Part shown: positions 54,703 through 63,711 of the stretch, piece by piece
Numbering within the stretch: the first letter of the stretch is position 1
Layout of the letters: each line of letters starts with the position of its first letter
Source: an uncultured Litoreibacter sp.
GTDB taxonomy: Bacteria > Pseudomonadota > Alphaproteobacteria > Rhodobacterales > Rhodobacteraceae
DNA length: 64,000 bases
Direction: 5' to 3'
Assembly (NCBI GenBank): GCA_947492995.1
Contig: CANLOU010000007.1
Span: forward strand, 6,900-70,899
The notes under the pieces: model-generated
The model's input: only the letters and a program-made list of their open reading frames with translations
What the model was told of the DNA's origin: nothing
Databases searched by the model: none
Position numbers and translations under genes: made by a program

Positions 54703-54915
54703 TCAAATTCGAGGCTTAAGAAGTTCCTGCGCCTCAATATCCAAGGCCCTGGCGATAGCTTCAATCATGTCAATCGTTGCCGCATGCTTTGCGTTTTCAA
54801 TTTTGCCAATGTAGCCCCGATCAATGTCGGCGCGATGCGCAAGGGTTTCTTGGCTGAACCCTTTGGATCGTCGCGCTTCCTGAATATTCAAACCAAGTTG
54901 TATCCGTAGCTTCAT
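54703..54915 (-). CDS. XRE family HTH transcriptional regulator
   Basis: 70 aa. IQEARRSKGFSQETLAHRADIDRGYIGKIENAKHAATIDMIEAIARAL is a canonical Cro/C1 HTH. Confidence 0.85.
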   Translation of the reverse strand: MKLRIQLGLNIQEARRSKGFSQETLAHRADIDRGYIGKIENAKHAATIDMIEAIARALDIEAQELLKPRI

Positions 54916-54934
54916 GCCAAAGGCAGAGCCCAGA

Positions 54935-54967
54935 TGTAGAGTATATAACCACGCAATATATTCTACA
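54935..54967. promoter_or_regulatory. Operator-like inverted repeat upstream of the XRE gene
   Basis: TGTAGAGTATAT, N9, ATATATTCTACA (11 of 12 complementary arms), 19 nt upstream of the XRE start codon. Contains the GTATAT core also seen at the mobC and virB promoters. Confidence 0.5.
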
Positions 54968-55268
54968 TTCGGATGGTAGACTATTGTCTTCGGCTAATAA
55001 TTTCCCGAATTGGGGTCCAGCGCCAAGATAGGCGAGTACAAAGTGGAAATTGCACGTGAGGGTTGGGCATAAATTTTGACATCGTCATTTTTTCAAACAA
55101 AGGCCGAAGTGCCTCTCAGAATTCATGATCAATAGTATTCAAGCCAAGGCGGTCTCTAGCCCACGAATTTCTAGCACCGCGACACTAGGATAAACCCTCA
55201 ACCCCACAAAACCAAGTTGCTTTCTGGCGTCGCGACATCCGGCCAGCAAGTCCAAAGTGAATTAGATA

Positions 55269-55514
55269 GTGACCCATTTTAACGAAGAAGCATCACCCAT
55301 TGCTCGGCTGATTGGAACCGATGCCAAGCGCACGGTTGGTTGGGTGTACGCTTGGGAGACCTCGGAGTTGTCGATCCTATGGATCAACGAGCGAGATGCG
55401 GTCGCGTTTATTGACCCTCCATTGTGTCCTGAGAGATTGGCGAAGGCCAAGGCAACAACGCCTGAGGATGTGATTGCCTTCCTGACTGCGCTTTTGAATT
55501 TCAGTACCGAGTGA
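55269..55514 (+). CDS. Hypothetical protein (weak call)
   Basis: 81-aa ORF with a GTG start and protein-like composition. No RBS or motif recognised. Confidence 0.3.
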   Translation: MTHFNEEASPIARLIGTDAKRTVGWVYAWETSELSILWINERDAVAFIDPPLCPERLAKAKATTPEDVIAFLTALLNFSTE

Positions 55515-55858
55515 CGGATTGCAGCGGGGCAACCGGCTTGTAGAGATGTGGATTCATAGGCATTTGCGGAGGCACACTCCGGCAGGGGCCATGCTGTTGA
55601 GCTTCAAACCGGCCATTCATCTTACCTGCAGCTAACGGCAAGAAGGAGCCCGACTCGGCCATTATGATTTTGTGCTGCGTGCGCTCGCAGCGAGGAAAAT
55701 GCGGCATGAGCGAAAAACCTCATGCTGTCGCGCGGCGGGAGAAACCGCCATTCGAGGATGCCGCAGCATGGTTTTGGAGTCGAAATTACAGGTCGCGGGA
55801 TATTGATGCCGTTCCAGATCTGCATCCTAAGGCCCGCTTTGATTGCTGATCGCTAGTA

Positions 55859-56644
55859 TTAAATCATCAACCAAAGCATCACGACGGCCATACCAACCAT
55901 CATCAGGTTCTCGGTGAGGCTTACAAACCCAAGTGGTACGTTTGAATTTCCACCGACGCACGCGCATTTCAGCTCGCGTTTGTCGATGTAGACGGCTTTG
56001 AAGACGCTGATGGCTCCGATACTCGCAACCAGGAGCGCAGCGGGCGCGGACACCCAGGTCAGGATCATCCCGGTCATGAGGATACCCGCGCCGGTTTCTA
56101 TGAACGGATAGATATAGGCGTAAGGCACCCATTTTCGCGCGAGTAAATCGTAGTTGAGGAACATCGTGGTAAAGCCTTCGACATCGCGCAGTTTCTGCAT
56201 ACCGAGAAGGATCATCGACACCGAGATGAACCAGCCAAGTGTCTGCCATGTGATTGCTCCGAGAAATCCAATGGAAAGTGCCACTGCGGTAAGCGCTGCA
56301 ACAGCGAACAAATACAACACAGGTCGATAGGTTGTTGCTGTAGGATCCCAACCGGTTAGTTTCTCGCGCAGGTCTGTGTAGCCACCAACGCGTTCGCCCT
56401 CGATCCAGGCCTGGGGTGTCGTATTGACGTCGTGCTTAGCCTTGAAGGCATCCACTTCGGCGCGGGTTCGGAACAGCCGGTCATCGACGTCATAGCCCTG
56501 ACGTTCGAGAAGCCAACGCGCCTTTTGCCCGGATGGGCATAGATGATCTGGCAAGGCCATTCGGTAAAGCACAGCAGTTTTGCCAACCGCTTCTTCAGCC
56601 GGATTTGTTTCAATTTCAGCAACATCGCGTGCGTCTTTAGGCAT
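55859..56644 (-). CDS. Glutaredoxin-like domain fused to a MauE/DoxX-type membrane domain
   Basis: ATG at 56644. The N-terminus AVLYRMALPDHLCPSGQKARWLLERQGYDVDD...WIEGERVGGYTDL has a glutaredoxin fold pattern, followed by about 5 TM helices. Confidence 0.65.
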   Translation of the reverse strand: MPKDARDVAEIETNPAEEAVGKTAVLYRMALPDHLCPSGQKARWLLERQGYDVDDRLFRTRAEVDAFKAKHDVNTTPQAWIEGERVGGYTDLREKLTGWDPTATTYRPVLYLFAVAALTAVALSIGFLGAITWQTLGWFISVSMILLGMQKLRDVEGFTTMFLNYDLLARKWVPYAYIYPFIETGAGILMTGMILTWVSAPAALLVASIGAISVFKAVYIDKRELKCACVGGNSNVPLGFVSLTENLMMVGMAVVMLWLMI

Positions 56645-56707
56645 TGGCTTCTCCGTTTGCGTGCTTCGTATGCGGGTGCGGTGCTTGCGTTTGCACTGCT
56701 TAGCTCC

Positions 56708-56728
56708 ATATACCCCCCTAGGGTATAT
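56708..56728. promoter_or_regulatory. CsoR-type operator candidate
   Basis: ATATACCCCCCTAGGGTATAT, an AT-flanked C/G-tract dyad, lies in the 153-bp divergent region between the csoR-like gene and the glutaredoxin/MauE gene. Confidence 0.5.
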
Positions 56729-56797
56729 AATCAAGACCGCGAGATTTAATCCCGTGTTCTCTCGACTTTTTCTCCGCCACCATGCGAAAAGAAGGCC

Positions 56798-57070
56798 ATG
56801 CACAACAATCGCGTAGCCACTCTAAAACGTCTCAATCGCCTTGAAGGACAGGTCCGCGGGATCGCCCGGATGGTCGAGGAAGATCGCTATTGCGTTGATG
56901 TGTTGACGCAAATCGCAGCGGTGCGGGCAGCGCTCAAGGGCGTGGAGAAGCTCGTGATAGATGATCACGCATCACACTGCATTGAAGATGCGCTTGCATC
57001 GGGGGACCGAGAGGATCAGCGAGCCAAATTCACGGAACTGCTCGAATTGCTCGACAAGGCGCGAGGCTAG
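56798..57070 (+). CDS. csoR: CsoR/RcnR/FrmR family metal-sensing repressor
   Basis: 90 aa. RLNRLEGQVRGIARMVEEDRYCVDVLTQIAAVRAAL...HASHCIED contains the C-H-C ligand set. Confidence 0.85.
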   Translation: MHNNRVATLKRLNRLEGQVRGIARMVEEDRYCVDVLTQIAAVRAALKGVEKLVIDDHASHCIEDALASGDREDQRAKFTELLELLDKARG

Positions 57071-57074
57071 GTCG

Positions 57075-57953
57075 TTAGAGATTGACGGGTGGTGTGGTTA
57101 CACTCGTGATCGTTGCGGTTGCCAACAGGATCAGGACAACAGCTAGCATTTCAACTGAAATAGAACGGCGCAGAGCATGTGTTGCGCCAGGTTTCTCGGC
57201 GCGCATAGCAGGGACAAGCCTCACCTTATTGAAAGCCGCAAAGCCCAGAAGTACCGCAACAATCGCGACTTTGAACAAAAGCCCTAAGCCATAGGCTGTT
57301 CCGAACAGGGCAGCGACGGAACCTGAAAGGAGCCACGCGAGCGCTGTACCCGCAAGGATCAGGGCGGCCACTCCGAAAGCAGCGACATTGCCAAAGTGGT
57401 GCAACACATCAACGCCAGAGGGAGCAAGCGCCGCGCGGCGCAAAGGCAAAAGCGCACCAACCCATAAAGCTGCGGTCAGTAGGTGAAGAACAATCAAGAC
57501 AGCAAGAACCAATCTGGGGTCACCCAGGGCGTGGCCCACCTGAGCAAAAGATATGGCTACGGCAAGGCTGCCCACCAAAGCAATCCACTGCCCTATACGG
57601 GGGACCAAAACCGTCAGTATCGCAAGTTCGCCAAATCCACGCCAAATCGCGGCGGTGCCAAGTGGGCTTTCCCAAACAAACCCGAGCATCATTGGGTCCG
57701 TTGCTCCCTCAAAACCCATCCCGGATATGCGTGCCGCACGAATGCCGAAACGTGCAGCCAAGACCGCGAGGCCAACCAGTGCCGCACCGACCGCAAGCTG
57801 CCGAGCAAGGCGTAAGACAGACACCTCAGCGCGCTTCGCAAAGACGAAGGAAAACAGCACGCCCCCCATCGCGAGCAGAGCCGCGCCATAGCCAATCGCT
57901 TTGGCCACAATGGCTAAAGCGGCAAGACCGTCGATGGGAGCCAGTCCAGTCAC
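57075..57953 (-). CDS. copD: CopD family copper resistance membrane protein
   Basis: 292 aa with about 8 TM helices. Overlaps the copC stop. Confidence 0.8.
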   Translation of the reverse strand: MTGLAPIDGLAALAIVAKAIGYGAALLAMGGVLFSFVFAKRAEVSVLRLARQLAVGAALVGLAVLAARFGIRAARISGMGFEGATDPMMLGFVWESPLGTAAIWRGFGELAILTVLVPRIGQWIALVGSLAVAISFAQVGHALGDPRLVLAVLIVLHLLTAALWVGALLPLRRAALAPSGVDVLHHFGNVAAFGVAALILAGTALAWLLSGSVAALFGTAYGLGLLFKVAIVAVLLGFAAFNKVRLVPAMRAEKPGATHALRRSISVEMLAVVLILLATATITSVTTPPVNL

Positions 57954-58294
57954 TCTGCGACGGTAAAAGAGAAGTTACCCTGCATCGGGTGACCGTCTGA
58001 GGCCATGCCGCGCCAGTCGAAACGGTAGCTTCCAGGCGCAAGCTCTTCCAATGGCACTGCTCGGAATTCCGTTGTTGGTTCCATACCGGTCTCGCGTTCG
58101 ATTTCGATGTCATCATCGGTTGCAGTCAGCGTGACGGAAATGATGCGCATCGGATCATCGAACCGCATCGAAAGCTCTGAAACTTCCGTGACAGTCGCGC
58201 CATCAGCAGGTGTCGTTGCTTCGGATTTGGAATGCGCCGCAGCAACCATTGGAGCAATTGCGACGGCCAAGCCAAGAAGAAATTGTTTGATCAT
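57950..58294 (-). CDS. copC: CopC periplasmic copper-binding protein
   Basis: 114 aa. The signal peptide ends AAA-H, so His is the mature N-terminus. Beta-rich, with ...P.DGA.V motifs. Confidence 0.8.
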   Translation of the reverse strand: MIKQFLLGLAVAIAPMVAAAHSKSEATTPADGATVTEVSELSMRFDDPMRIISVTLTATDDDIEIERETGMEPTTEFRAVPLEELAPGSYRFDWRGMASDGHPMQGNFSFTVAE

Positions 58295-58306
58295 CTGAAT
58301 TTTCCT

Positions 58307-58774
58307 TTAATCGGACTGGGAATTGAGTCTGCCGTGATGCTCTCGAATATCACTGGGCCAGGTTGATTTAATGAAGGATAGCACGGCAATGATCTCTTCA
58401 TCGCTGAGCACTTCTTCATAGACAGGCATACCGGATGGGGGTGCATTCTCCATCAGTCCGGCAAGCCCATATTTGGTTAGGGTGAAGAGCGTTTCATCGT
58501 CGTGGTGCCACGTGTGCCCGGTCGCGTCATGCGGCGGTGCTGGTAGCAAACCATCTTCGCCCCGCGTCCGCCAGTTCGGTTGCCCTTCAAGGCGCGCCCC
58601 GTGGCACGCAGCACATTGAGCCACGTAGATGCCCTGACCAAGGGCGACCACTTCAAGGTCATCAGGTGACAACAGACCGACCCCATCGGAGGGTTGGGCC
58701 ATGACAAAGGCGGCGGCGAAACCGGCGAGCGCGAGCCCGCCGGTCATAAGAACTGCCTTGCGACTTGCCATCAC
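58307..58774 (-). CDS. Cytochrome c family protein
   Basis: 155 aa with a signal peptide and the haem motif CAACHG. Confidence 0.75.
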   Translation of the reverse strand: MMASRKAVLMTGGLALAGFAAAFVMAQPSDGVGLLSPDDLEVVALGQGIYVAQCAACHGARLEGQPNWRTRGEDGLLPAPPHDATGHTWHHDDETLFTLTKYGLAGLMENAPPSGMPVYEEVLSDEEIIAVLSFIKSTWPSDIREHHGRLNSQSD

Positions 58775-59238
58775 GTGTCGAAGGGCTGTGCAGTACCAGC
58801 TCGGTAGTACACCGTTCCGGTGCCCGCCTCTCCGCCAAATGCAATAACGTCGTAACGGGCGGACGGATCATCTCCCATGCCGGGGGAACCCATCGGCATG
58901 CCCGGAACGGCAAGCCCGGTGACGTCTGGGCGATCCTGTAGGACTGCTTCCAATGCTTCAAACGGAACATGCCCTTCGAAGACATATCCATCCGCTTCAA
59001 TGGTGTGACAGGATGCCAGTTCAAGCGGTATGCCGCGTTCTGACTTCTGCGCCTCGGGGTCGGTCAGCTCCGCGACAGTGACAGCGTAGCCGCGCGCGCG
59101 GGCCAAATCGGCCCACGCGTGACAGCATCCGCACCCGGGAGAGGCGAGAACGTGCATAGGCGTACCTGCGCGCGCAGGAAGAGCGGCCACGACAAGAGCC
59201 GCTGCGGAAAGATTAGTGAAGTGACGACGTGTGATCAT
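58771..59238 (-). CDS. DUF411 (CopG-like) metal-binding periplasmic protein
   Basis: 155 aa with a Tat/Sec-like signal (MITRRHFTNLSAAAL), the CGCCHAW motif, and GMPMGSPGM. Confidence 0.75.
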   Translation of the reverse strand: MITRRHFTNLSAAALVVAALPARAGTPMHVLASPGCGCCHAWADLARARGYAVTVAELTDPEAQKSERGIPLELASCHTIEADGYVFEGHVPFEALEAVLQDRPDVTGLAVPGMPMGSPGMGDDPSARYDVIAFGGEAGTGTVYYRAGTAQPFDT

Positions 59239-59296
59239 GTCTGTCGGTCCTTTGATTTGAAAGTTGAATGGATTGCGGACAAGCGCCCGTTACCGT

Positions 59297-59632
59297 TCAA
59301 ACTTTCGGAGGACCGGTCGGAACAGCCCGTGTTAGGTTCGAGAACTCGAAATCGGCATAAAGCACACCAATGACCATTTCGCGTGAGGGACTAACTGGCA
59401 AAATCGCCGCCGTGACTACAAGATCACCAAAACAGGGCGTTGATCCCATGCCGCCCGTGGTATCACAGCAGTCCGCAAGCGCCTTCTCTACATCAGCCAC
59501 CAGATCGTTTTCTGTCATTTCGGCGTGGTGATCAGTGTGATCCGGTCCATAGTTCAAGCCATGCATAACAGACGCGGTGGAAGCACCGGCGAACGCAACA
59601 ACAAGAATGATCGACAGCACTAAGCGAAACAT
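59297..59632 (-). CDS. Secreted His/Cys-containing hypothetical protein
   Basis: 111 aa with a signal peptide, HGLNYGPDHTDHHAEM and CCDTTGG. Probably metal-related, given its context. Confidence 0.5.
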   Translation of the reverse strand: MFRLVLSIILVVAFAGASTASVMHGLNYGPDHTDHHAEMTENDLVADVEKALADCCDTTGGMGSTPCFGDLVVTAAILPVSPSREMVIGVLYADFEFSNLTRAVPTGPPKV

Positions 59633-59637
59633 ACCAA

Positions 59638-59654
59638 ATACCTACTGGGGGTAT
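59638..59654. promoter_or_regulatory. Second CsoR-type box
   Basis: ATACCTACTGGGGGTAT, whose reverse complement is ATACCCCCAGTAGGTAT (13 of 17 identical to the core of 56708-56728). It lies between a TTGTCA and a TAGGTA hexamer on the minus strand, immediately upstream of the 59632 start. Confidence 0.4.
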
Positions 59655-59696
59655 ATGGTTTTGACAAGTCACGAGGATGTGTCGCCGTTGGACAAC

Positions 59697-60293
59697 CTAG
59701 TTGCACCCATTATGGTTGCGCCACATCTCCGGATCATGCCCGTCAGGAACGGCGTCACATGGGTCATCTGAGTAGCCGCGCAGCACCGAATACTGGGTCA
59801 CTTGAGTGTCAGTCAGCAATGGCAAAGTCAGCAGGTGCGCGTTGAGGTGAACTAGGCGCAAGTCTGCCCGCGCCTCACCTGCTTCCGCCACCAGCCGCTC
59901 AAGTGTCCCCGCATCCGGCGCACCAAGTTGAAAAGCTTCGTCCAGCGATTGTTCCGCCGCGACGAACCGCTCCCCAGCAGTTATGGCGTCTGCCCGCATC
60001 TGTACCCGGATCACCTCGATGTCGGCGCGCTGCTGTTCGGTCAGACCGATTTCACCGGCAAGCTCAAGGAGATGCGTTGGTCCGGGAACGCCATTTAGCT
60101 CGGCGGCGCGTGCAAGACCCCAACCGCCGCCACGTGCGATCTCTTCCAAGTCGTCCTCAGAAAGGGATTTGATAAGGCGCGTTTCTTGTCCTGCATAGTC
60201 CGATGGAGCTGAGCCGTGGTTTCCAGAGTGGTTTTGAGCAAAGGCAAAGGTGGGCAAGAACAGCATGAGAAATGCGAAGCGCTTGGTTGTCAT
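59697..60293 (-). CDS. Periplasmic Spy/CpxP-like helical protein
   Basis: ATG at 60293. Signal peptide, His-rich NHSGNHGS, then long helical repeats (LTEQQRADIEVIRVQMRAD...). The family assignment is tentative. Confidence 0.5.
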   Translation of the reverse strand: MTTKRFAFLMLFLPTFAFAQNHSGNHGSAPSDYAGQETRLIKSLSEDDLEEIARGGGWGLARAAELNGVPGPTHLLELAGEIGLTEQQRADIEVIRVQMRADAITAGERFVAAEQSLDEAFQLGAPDAGTLERLVAEAGEARADLRLVHLNAHLLTLPLLTDTQVTQYSVLRGYSDDPCDAVPDGHDPEMWRNHNGCN

Positions 60294-60370
60294 GTTTGAA
60301 ATCCTTGTTTGATCCGGTATTTGCGCAAAGACATTGCATATGATGAGCAACATGAAACATGATATAAATC

Positions 60371-60913
60371 ATGTTAGATCATTGGCTCACTTCATTCGAA
60401 GCCTCATCTGTTCGAACACTAGACGCAGGCGAGTATCTTTTTCGGCGTAACGATAAGGTTGAAATGGCCTTCCTTGTAAGAGAAGGCCATGTGCTCCTTC
60501 GCCGTGCTCTGAAAGATGGGGGGCTTCTCACATTGCATATCGCCAATGGGGGCGATCTGGTCGCTGAAGCGTCCTTGTTTGCAGATCAGTACCACTGCGA
60601 TGCGGTCACGGATCGGGCGACAAAGGTTTCGGCCATACCTAAGGCGCAGCTTCTGAAGGACTTTGAGAACGGTTCTTCGGGGAAACAACTTTCAGTGAGG
60701 GCATTGGAGCGAACGACCAAAGAACTTCAGGCACTCCGGACGCGCATTGAGATCATGCGTTTTCGAAAGGTAACAGATCGGTTGGATGCCTATCTCGAAC
60801 TTAATGGACCTCCAAAAGAAGGCGGGTGGGTGCACGTCGCCGATTGGATTGGGGTGACGCCACCCGCTCTTTATCGCGAACTTGCGAAGCGTCGACGGGA
60901 CGATCGGGCATGA
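60371..60913 (+). CDS. Crp/Fnr family transcriptional regulator
   Basis: 180 aa with an N-terminal cNMP-binding-like beta-barrel (YLFRRNDKVEMAFLVREGHVLL) and a C-terminal HTH (VADWIGVTPPALYRELAKR). Confidence 0.8.
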   Translation: MLDHWLTSFEASSVRTLDAGEYLFRRNDKVEMAFLVREGHVLLRRALKDGGLLTLHIANGGDLVAEASLFADQYHCDAVTDRATKVSAIPKAQLLKDFENGSSGKQLSVRALERTTKELQALRTRIEIMRFRKVTDRLDAYLELNGPPKEGGWVHVADWIGVTPPALYRELAKRRRDDRA

Positions 60914-61039
60914 ACCTAAACGCAAATACCCATTTTCAGATAGCGGACTTTCTTTGCCCTGCAGCAACCAGGTAGGTAAGAACTATGAGTTGTTGCGAAG
61001 TTGGTTCTCCTTCCTAAAATGAACTGGAGAGGAAAGATT

Positions 61040-61456
61040 ATGTTGCCTGAGCAGTTTACCGGTGGGTGCGCGTGTGGAGCAGTCCGATACAAATCCGAAG
61101 GTGTTGCCCGCTACATGGGTAACTGCCATTGCCGCGATTGCCAGCAGGCCACTGGAAGTGCCTATTTTCCAGCTGTGCTAGTGAAACAGACTGATTTCAG
61201 GCTTGAGAAAGGTGAACCAAAGTGGTTCGAGCGCCAAGCTGATCGCGGCCATGCAATGCTTCGCGGTTTCTGCGCTGAATGTGGATCACCGCTGTTTCTG
61301 ATCAACAAAGCAAGCGAAGGAGCAATGATCCTGTTCGCGGGTAGTTTGGATGATCCAAGTTGGTACCAGCCAAGCCGTGACATTTACGTGAAGAGCGCAC
61401 AGCCTTGGGACCAAATGGACCTCAGTCTCCCGAAAGCTGATGGGATGCCTACCTAG
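61040..61456 (+). CDS. GFA (glutathione-dependent formaldehyde-activating / CENP-V) family protein
   Basis: ATG at 61040. Zn-Cys motifs GGCACGAVRY, CHCRDCQ, CAECGSPLF. Confidence 0.8.
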   Translation: MLPEQFTGGCACGAVRYKSEGVARYMGNCHCRDCQQATGSAYFPAVLVKQTDFRLEKGEPKWFERQADRGHAMLRGFCAECGSPLFLINKASEGAMILFAGSLDDPSWYQPSRDIYVKSAQPWDQMDLSLPKADGMPT

Positions 61457-61517
61457 CTTTTTAGCGTTGTTACATTTTTGGTGTCAGCCGCAATCCGACT
61501 TTGGCTCGTTGCGTACC

Positions 61518-62069
61518 TCAGAAGAACCTCCCCACACGTGTCGCGTACTGTTCAAACGCGCTTCCGTATTTATCCTTGAGCCAAGGTTCCTCAGAAAATG
61601 GTGCGGCGATAAGCACTGTTATTCCCGCTAACCCGACGACCATTGCCCAAGGCGCTGCTGACAAGATCATCCAGCCACTTACGATGCCAATATCAGCCAT
61701 GTACTGCGGGTTCCGAGAGTAACGATACATGCCCTCAGTGCGCAGGGTGCATTTGGCTCCACCGGTCTGCGGCACCCCAAAGTGCGAGACTTCCATCCAT
61801 ACCACAATGCTGCCAAGGAGGATGAGAGGCAGGCCAACGCAAAACCGCACCCAACTTGGAATGGCCAGATCAGCCCAACCCAAGACACCAAGCAAGATGA
61901 GAACACCGAACAGCGTGAATGTCGGCACCCAGACAAGGAAAGGGGTAAGTGCCGTATAGCGTTTGGGCGGCCATATCCGCCGCGCAGGAAAGGCGATTGA
62001 CCAAAGGATCGCGGCCAAGGTCATAGCCGCAATGCCCAGACCTAGAGCAACAAGCATGCTATGCATCAT
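61518..62069 (-). CDS. Isoprenylcysteine carboxyl methyltransferase (ICMT)-family membrane methyltransferase
   Basis: 183 aa with 4-5 TM helices and the YRYSRNPQYMADIG motif. Confidence 0.7.
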   Translation of the reverse strand: MMHSMLVALGLGIAAMTLAAILWSIAFPARRIWPPKRYTALTPFLVWVPTFTLFGVLILLGVLGWADLAIPSWVRFCVGLPLILLGSIVVWMEVSHFGVPQTGGAKCTLRTEGMYRYSRNPQYMADIGIVSGWMILSAAPWAMVVGLAGITVLIAAPFSEEPWLKDKYGSAFEQYATRVGRFF

Positions 62070-62701
62070 ACCTCTACGTGGCCGTGGTCGATCACTTCCC
62101 GCCGTTCCGCAAGGGCTTGGCGCACGATCTGGAATGCGGACGACAAGAACAGACCCGCCATGATCGTAGCGACAATCAAATCAGGCCAGCCCGTTGCTGT
62201 ACCCCAGACGCCCAAGGCTGCGAACATGACGGCGACGTTGCCGATGGCGTCATTGCGCGAGCATAGCCAGACAGAGCGCACGTTGGCGTCACCGTCCTTG
62301 TAGCGCACCAGCAGGAACACACTGGCAAGGTTGGTGAGCAAAGCCAGAAAGCCAACAGCGCCCATAATCTCGGCTGCGGGGACCCCGACGTAAAAAACGC
62401 GGTAGACGGTGGAGCCGAAGACCCAAAGCCCCATTAACAAGAGGCTGAAACCCTTGAACAGCGCGGCATTTGTGCGCGCGCGAAGTGAGGCACCAATGAC
62501 GGCCAGAGAAATGCCATAGGTCATCGCATCACCAGCGAAGTCGAGGGCGTCGGCCTGCAACGCCTGCGACTTGGCCAAGTGGCCCGCAGTCATCTCAATC
62601 GCGAACATTGTCGCGTTCACGGCAATGACGACCCAGAGCCGTCGTTTGTAGTCATCTGATACGCCGTCAAACTTGGCGTCATGTCCGCAGCAACCTGCCA
62701 T
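62066..62701 (-). CDS. Cation diffusion facilitator (CzcD-like) transporter
   Basis: ATG at 62701. Cys/His-rich N-terminus MAGCCGHDA, and SQALQADALDFAGDA (the CDF TM2 signature). Confidence 0.85.
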   Translation of the reverse strand: MAGCCGHDAKFDGVSDDYKRRLWVVIAVNATMFAIEMTAGHLAKSQALQADALDFAGDAMTYGISLAVIGASLRARTNAALFKGFSLLLMGLWVFGSTVYRVFYVGVPAAEIMGAVGFLALLTNLASVFLLVRYKDGDANVRSVWLCSRNDAIGNVAVMFAALGVWGTATGWPDLIVATIMAGLFLSSAFQIVRQALAERREVIDHGHVEV

Positions 62702-62732
62702 TGGGAATCCTCTTTCATCTGATGTTGATGAT

Positions 62733-62763
62733 AGTGTAGTGTCTCTAGTGACTAGAGGTTCAA
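62733..62763 (-). promoter_or_regulatory. MerR-type promoter with 19-bp spacer and dyad operator
   Basis: On the minus strand: TTGAAC (62763-62758), a 19-nt spacer containing the perfect dyad CTCTAGTCACTAGAG (62757-62743), and TACACT (62738-62733). This sits 32 nt upstream of the CDF start and is divergent from the merR-family gene. Confidence 0.7.
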
Positions 62764-62774
62764 GGGGTATTTTC

Positions 62775-63191
62775 ATGTTTTCTATTGGGGAGCTTTCAAA
62801 GCGCACAAAGGTCAAGGTTCCAACCATTCGTTACTACGAGGAAATGGGACTTTTGGCAGAGGCCGAGCGAACAAGTGGCAACCAAAGACGCTACGATAAG
62901 GAAGGATTGGAACGACTGAGTTTCATTCGTCACGCTCGTGATCTGGGATTTTCGATTGAGGCGATATCATCGCTCATCGAGTTACAGGATCATCCAGACA
63001 GATCGTGCGAGGCCGCAACAGACATTGCTGTTTCGCAGCTTGCAGATGTTCGCGCGAAAATCAAACGGCTCAAGCTTTTGGAAAAGGAACTCACGCGAAT
63101 TTCGAAGGGATGTGATGGGCACGGCGTTTCTGAAGACTGCTATGTCTTGGCGTCTCTGGCTGATCATGAACTTTGTGAGAGGGAGCACTGA
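62775..63191 (+). CDS. MerR family metal-responsive regulator (ZntR/CadR-like)
   Basis: ATG at 62775. FSIGELSKRTKVKVPTIRYYEEMGLL...RRY is the MerR HTH. A C-terminal Cys cluster (GCDGHGVSEDC...C) is present. Confidence 0.9.
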   Translation: MFSIGELSKRTKVKVPTIRYYEEMGLLAEAERTSGNQRRYDKEGLERLSFIRHARDLGFSIEAISSLIELQDHPDRSCEAATDIAVSQLADVRAKIKRLKLLEKELTRISKGCDGHGVSEDCYVLASLADHELCEREH

Positions 63192-63297
63192 TATCGATAA
63201 CCAGAATTACAGTTGCGGAAAAAGGGTGTTAGCCAACCTGCTAAGTCAGTCACTTGACTGACTGGTATTGGTAGTTGGTTATGGCAATAGTCGTAAG

Positions 63298-63699
63298 ATG
63301 AACACTGAAGAAATCCCTTCCTCTTGCTTCCAACGAACCGCCGCAGTGCTACAGGTGAACAGCCGCACAGTAAGACCGATGCGGGACTTTTTTGTAGAGC
63401 GGCTCGGATTTGAACTTGGTACGGAGATTGGGACTGGTCCAAAATTTGTGACTTTGGACCGAGATGGTCAGACAATCATGCTTGCTTGTCATCGAACATT
63501 TGGATTCCGAAAACATGGGTGGGCGGCCTATTTCTGGGTAGAAAACATAGAAGCGCTGCATGACGAATTCGAGCGCCGAGGCGCAAAGCTCAAAAGCCCG
63601 ATCACCGACAAGCCATACGGTTGCCGAGAGATTGTAGCTATGGCACCAGATGGCCGAGAAATCGTATTCGGCGAGATAACAGGTACCCAAGCAGATTAA
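63298..63699 (+). CDS. VOC (glyoxalase/bleomycin-resistance) family protein
   Basis: AAVLQVNSRTVRPMRDFFVERLGFEL...YFWVENIEALHDEF...PYGCREIVAMAPDGREIVF. The start is uncertain (63268, 63298 or 63379). Confidence 0.65.
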   Translation: MNTEEIPSSCFQRTAAVLQVNSRTVRPMRDFFVERLGFELGTEIGTGPKFVTLDRDGQTIMLACHRTFGFRKHGWAAYFWVENIEALHDEFERRGAKLKSPITDKPYGCREIVAMAPDGREIVFGEITGTQAD

Positions 63700-63711
63700 G
63701 CCCGTGCATAC

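Noticed and set aside
55501-55849. Small ORFs (61-68 aa) on both strands between the XRE region and the copper island
   Set aside because: They are mutually overlapping, lack an RBS, and show no recognisable motif. I left them unannotated.
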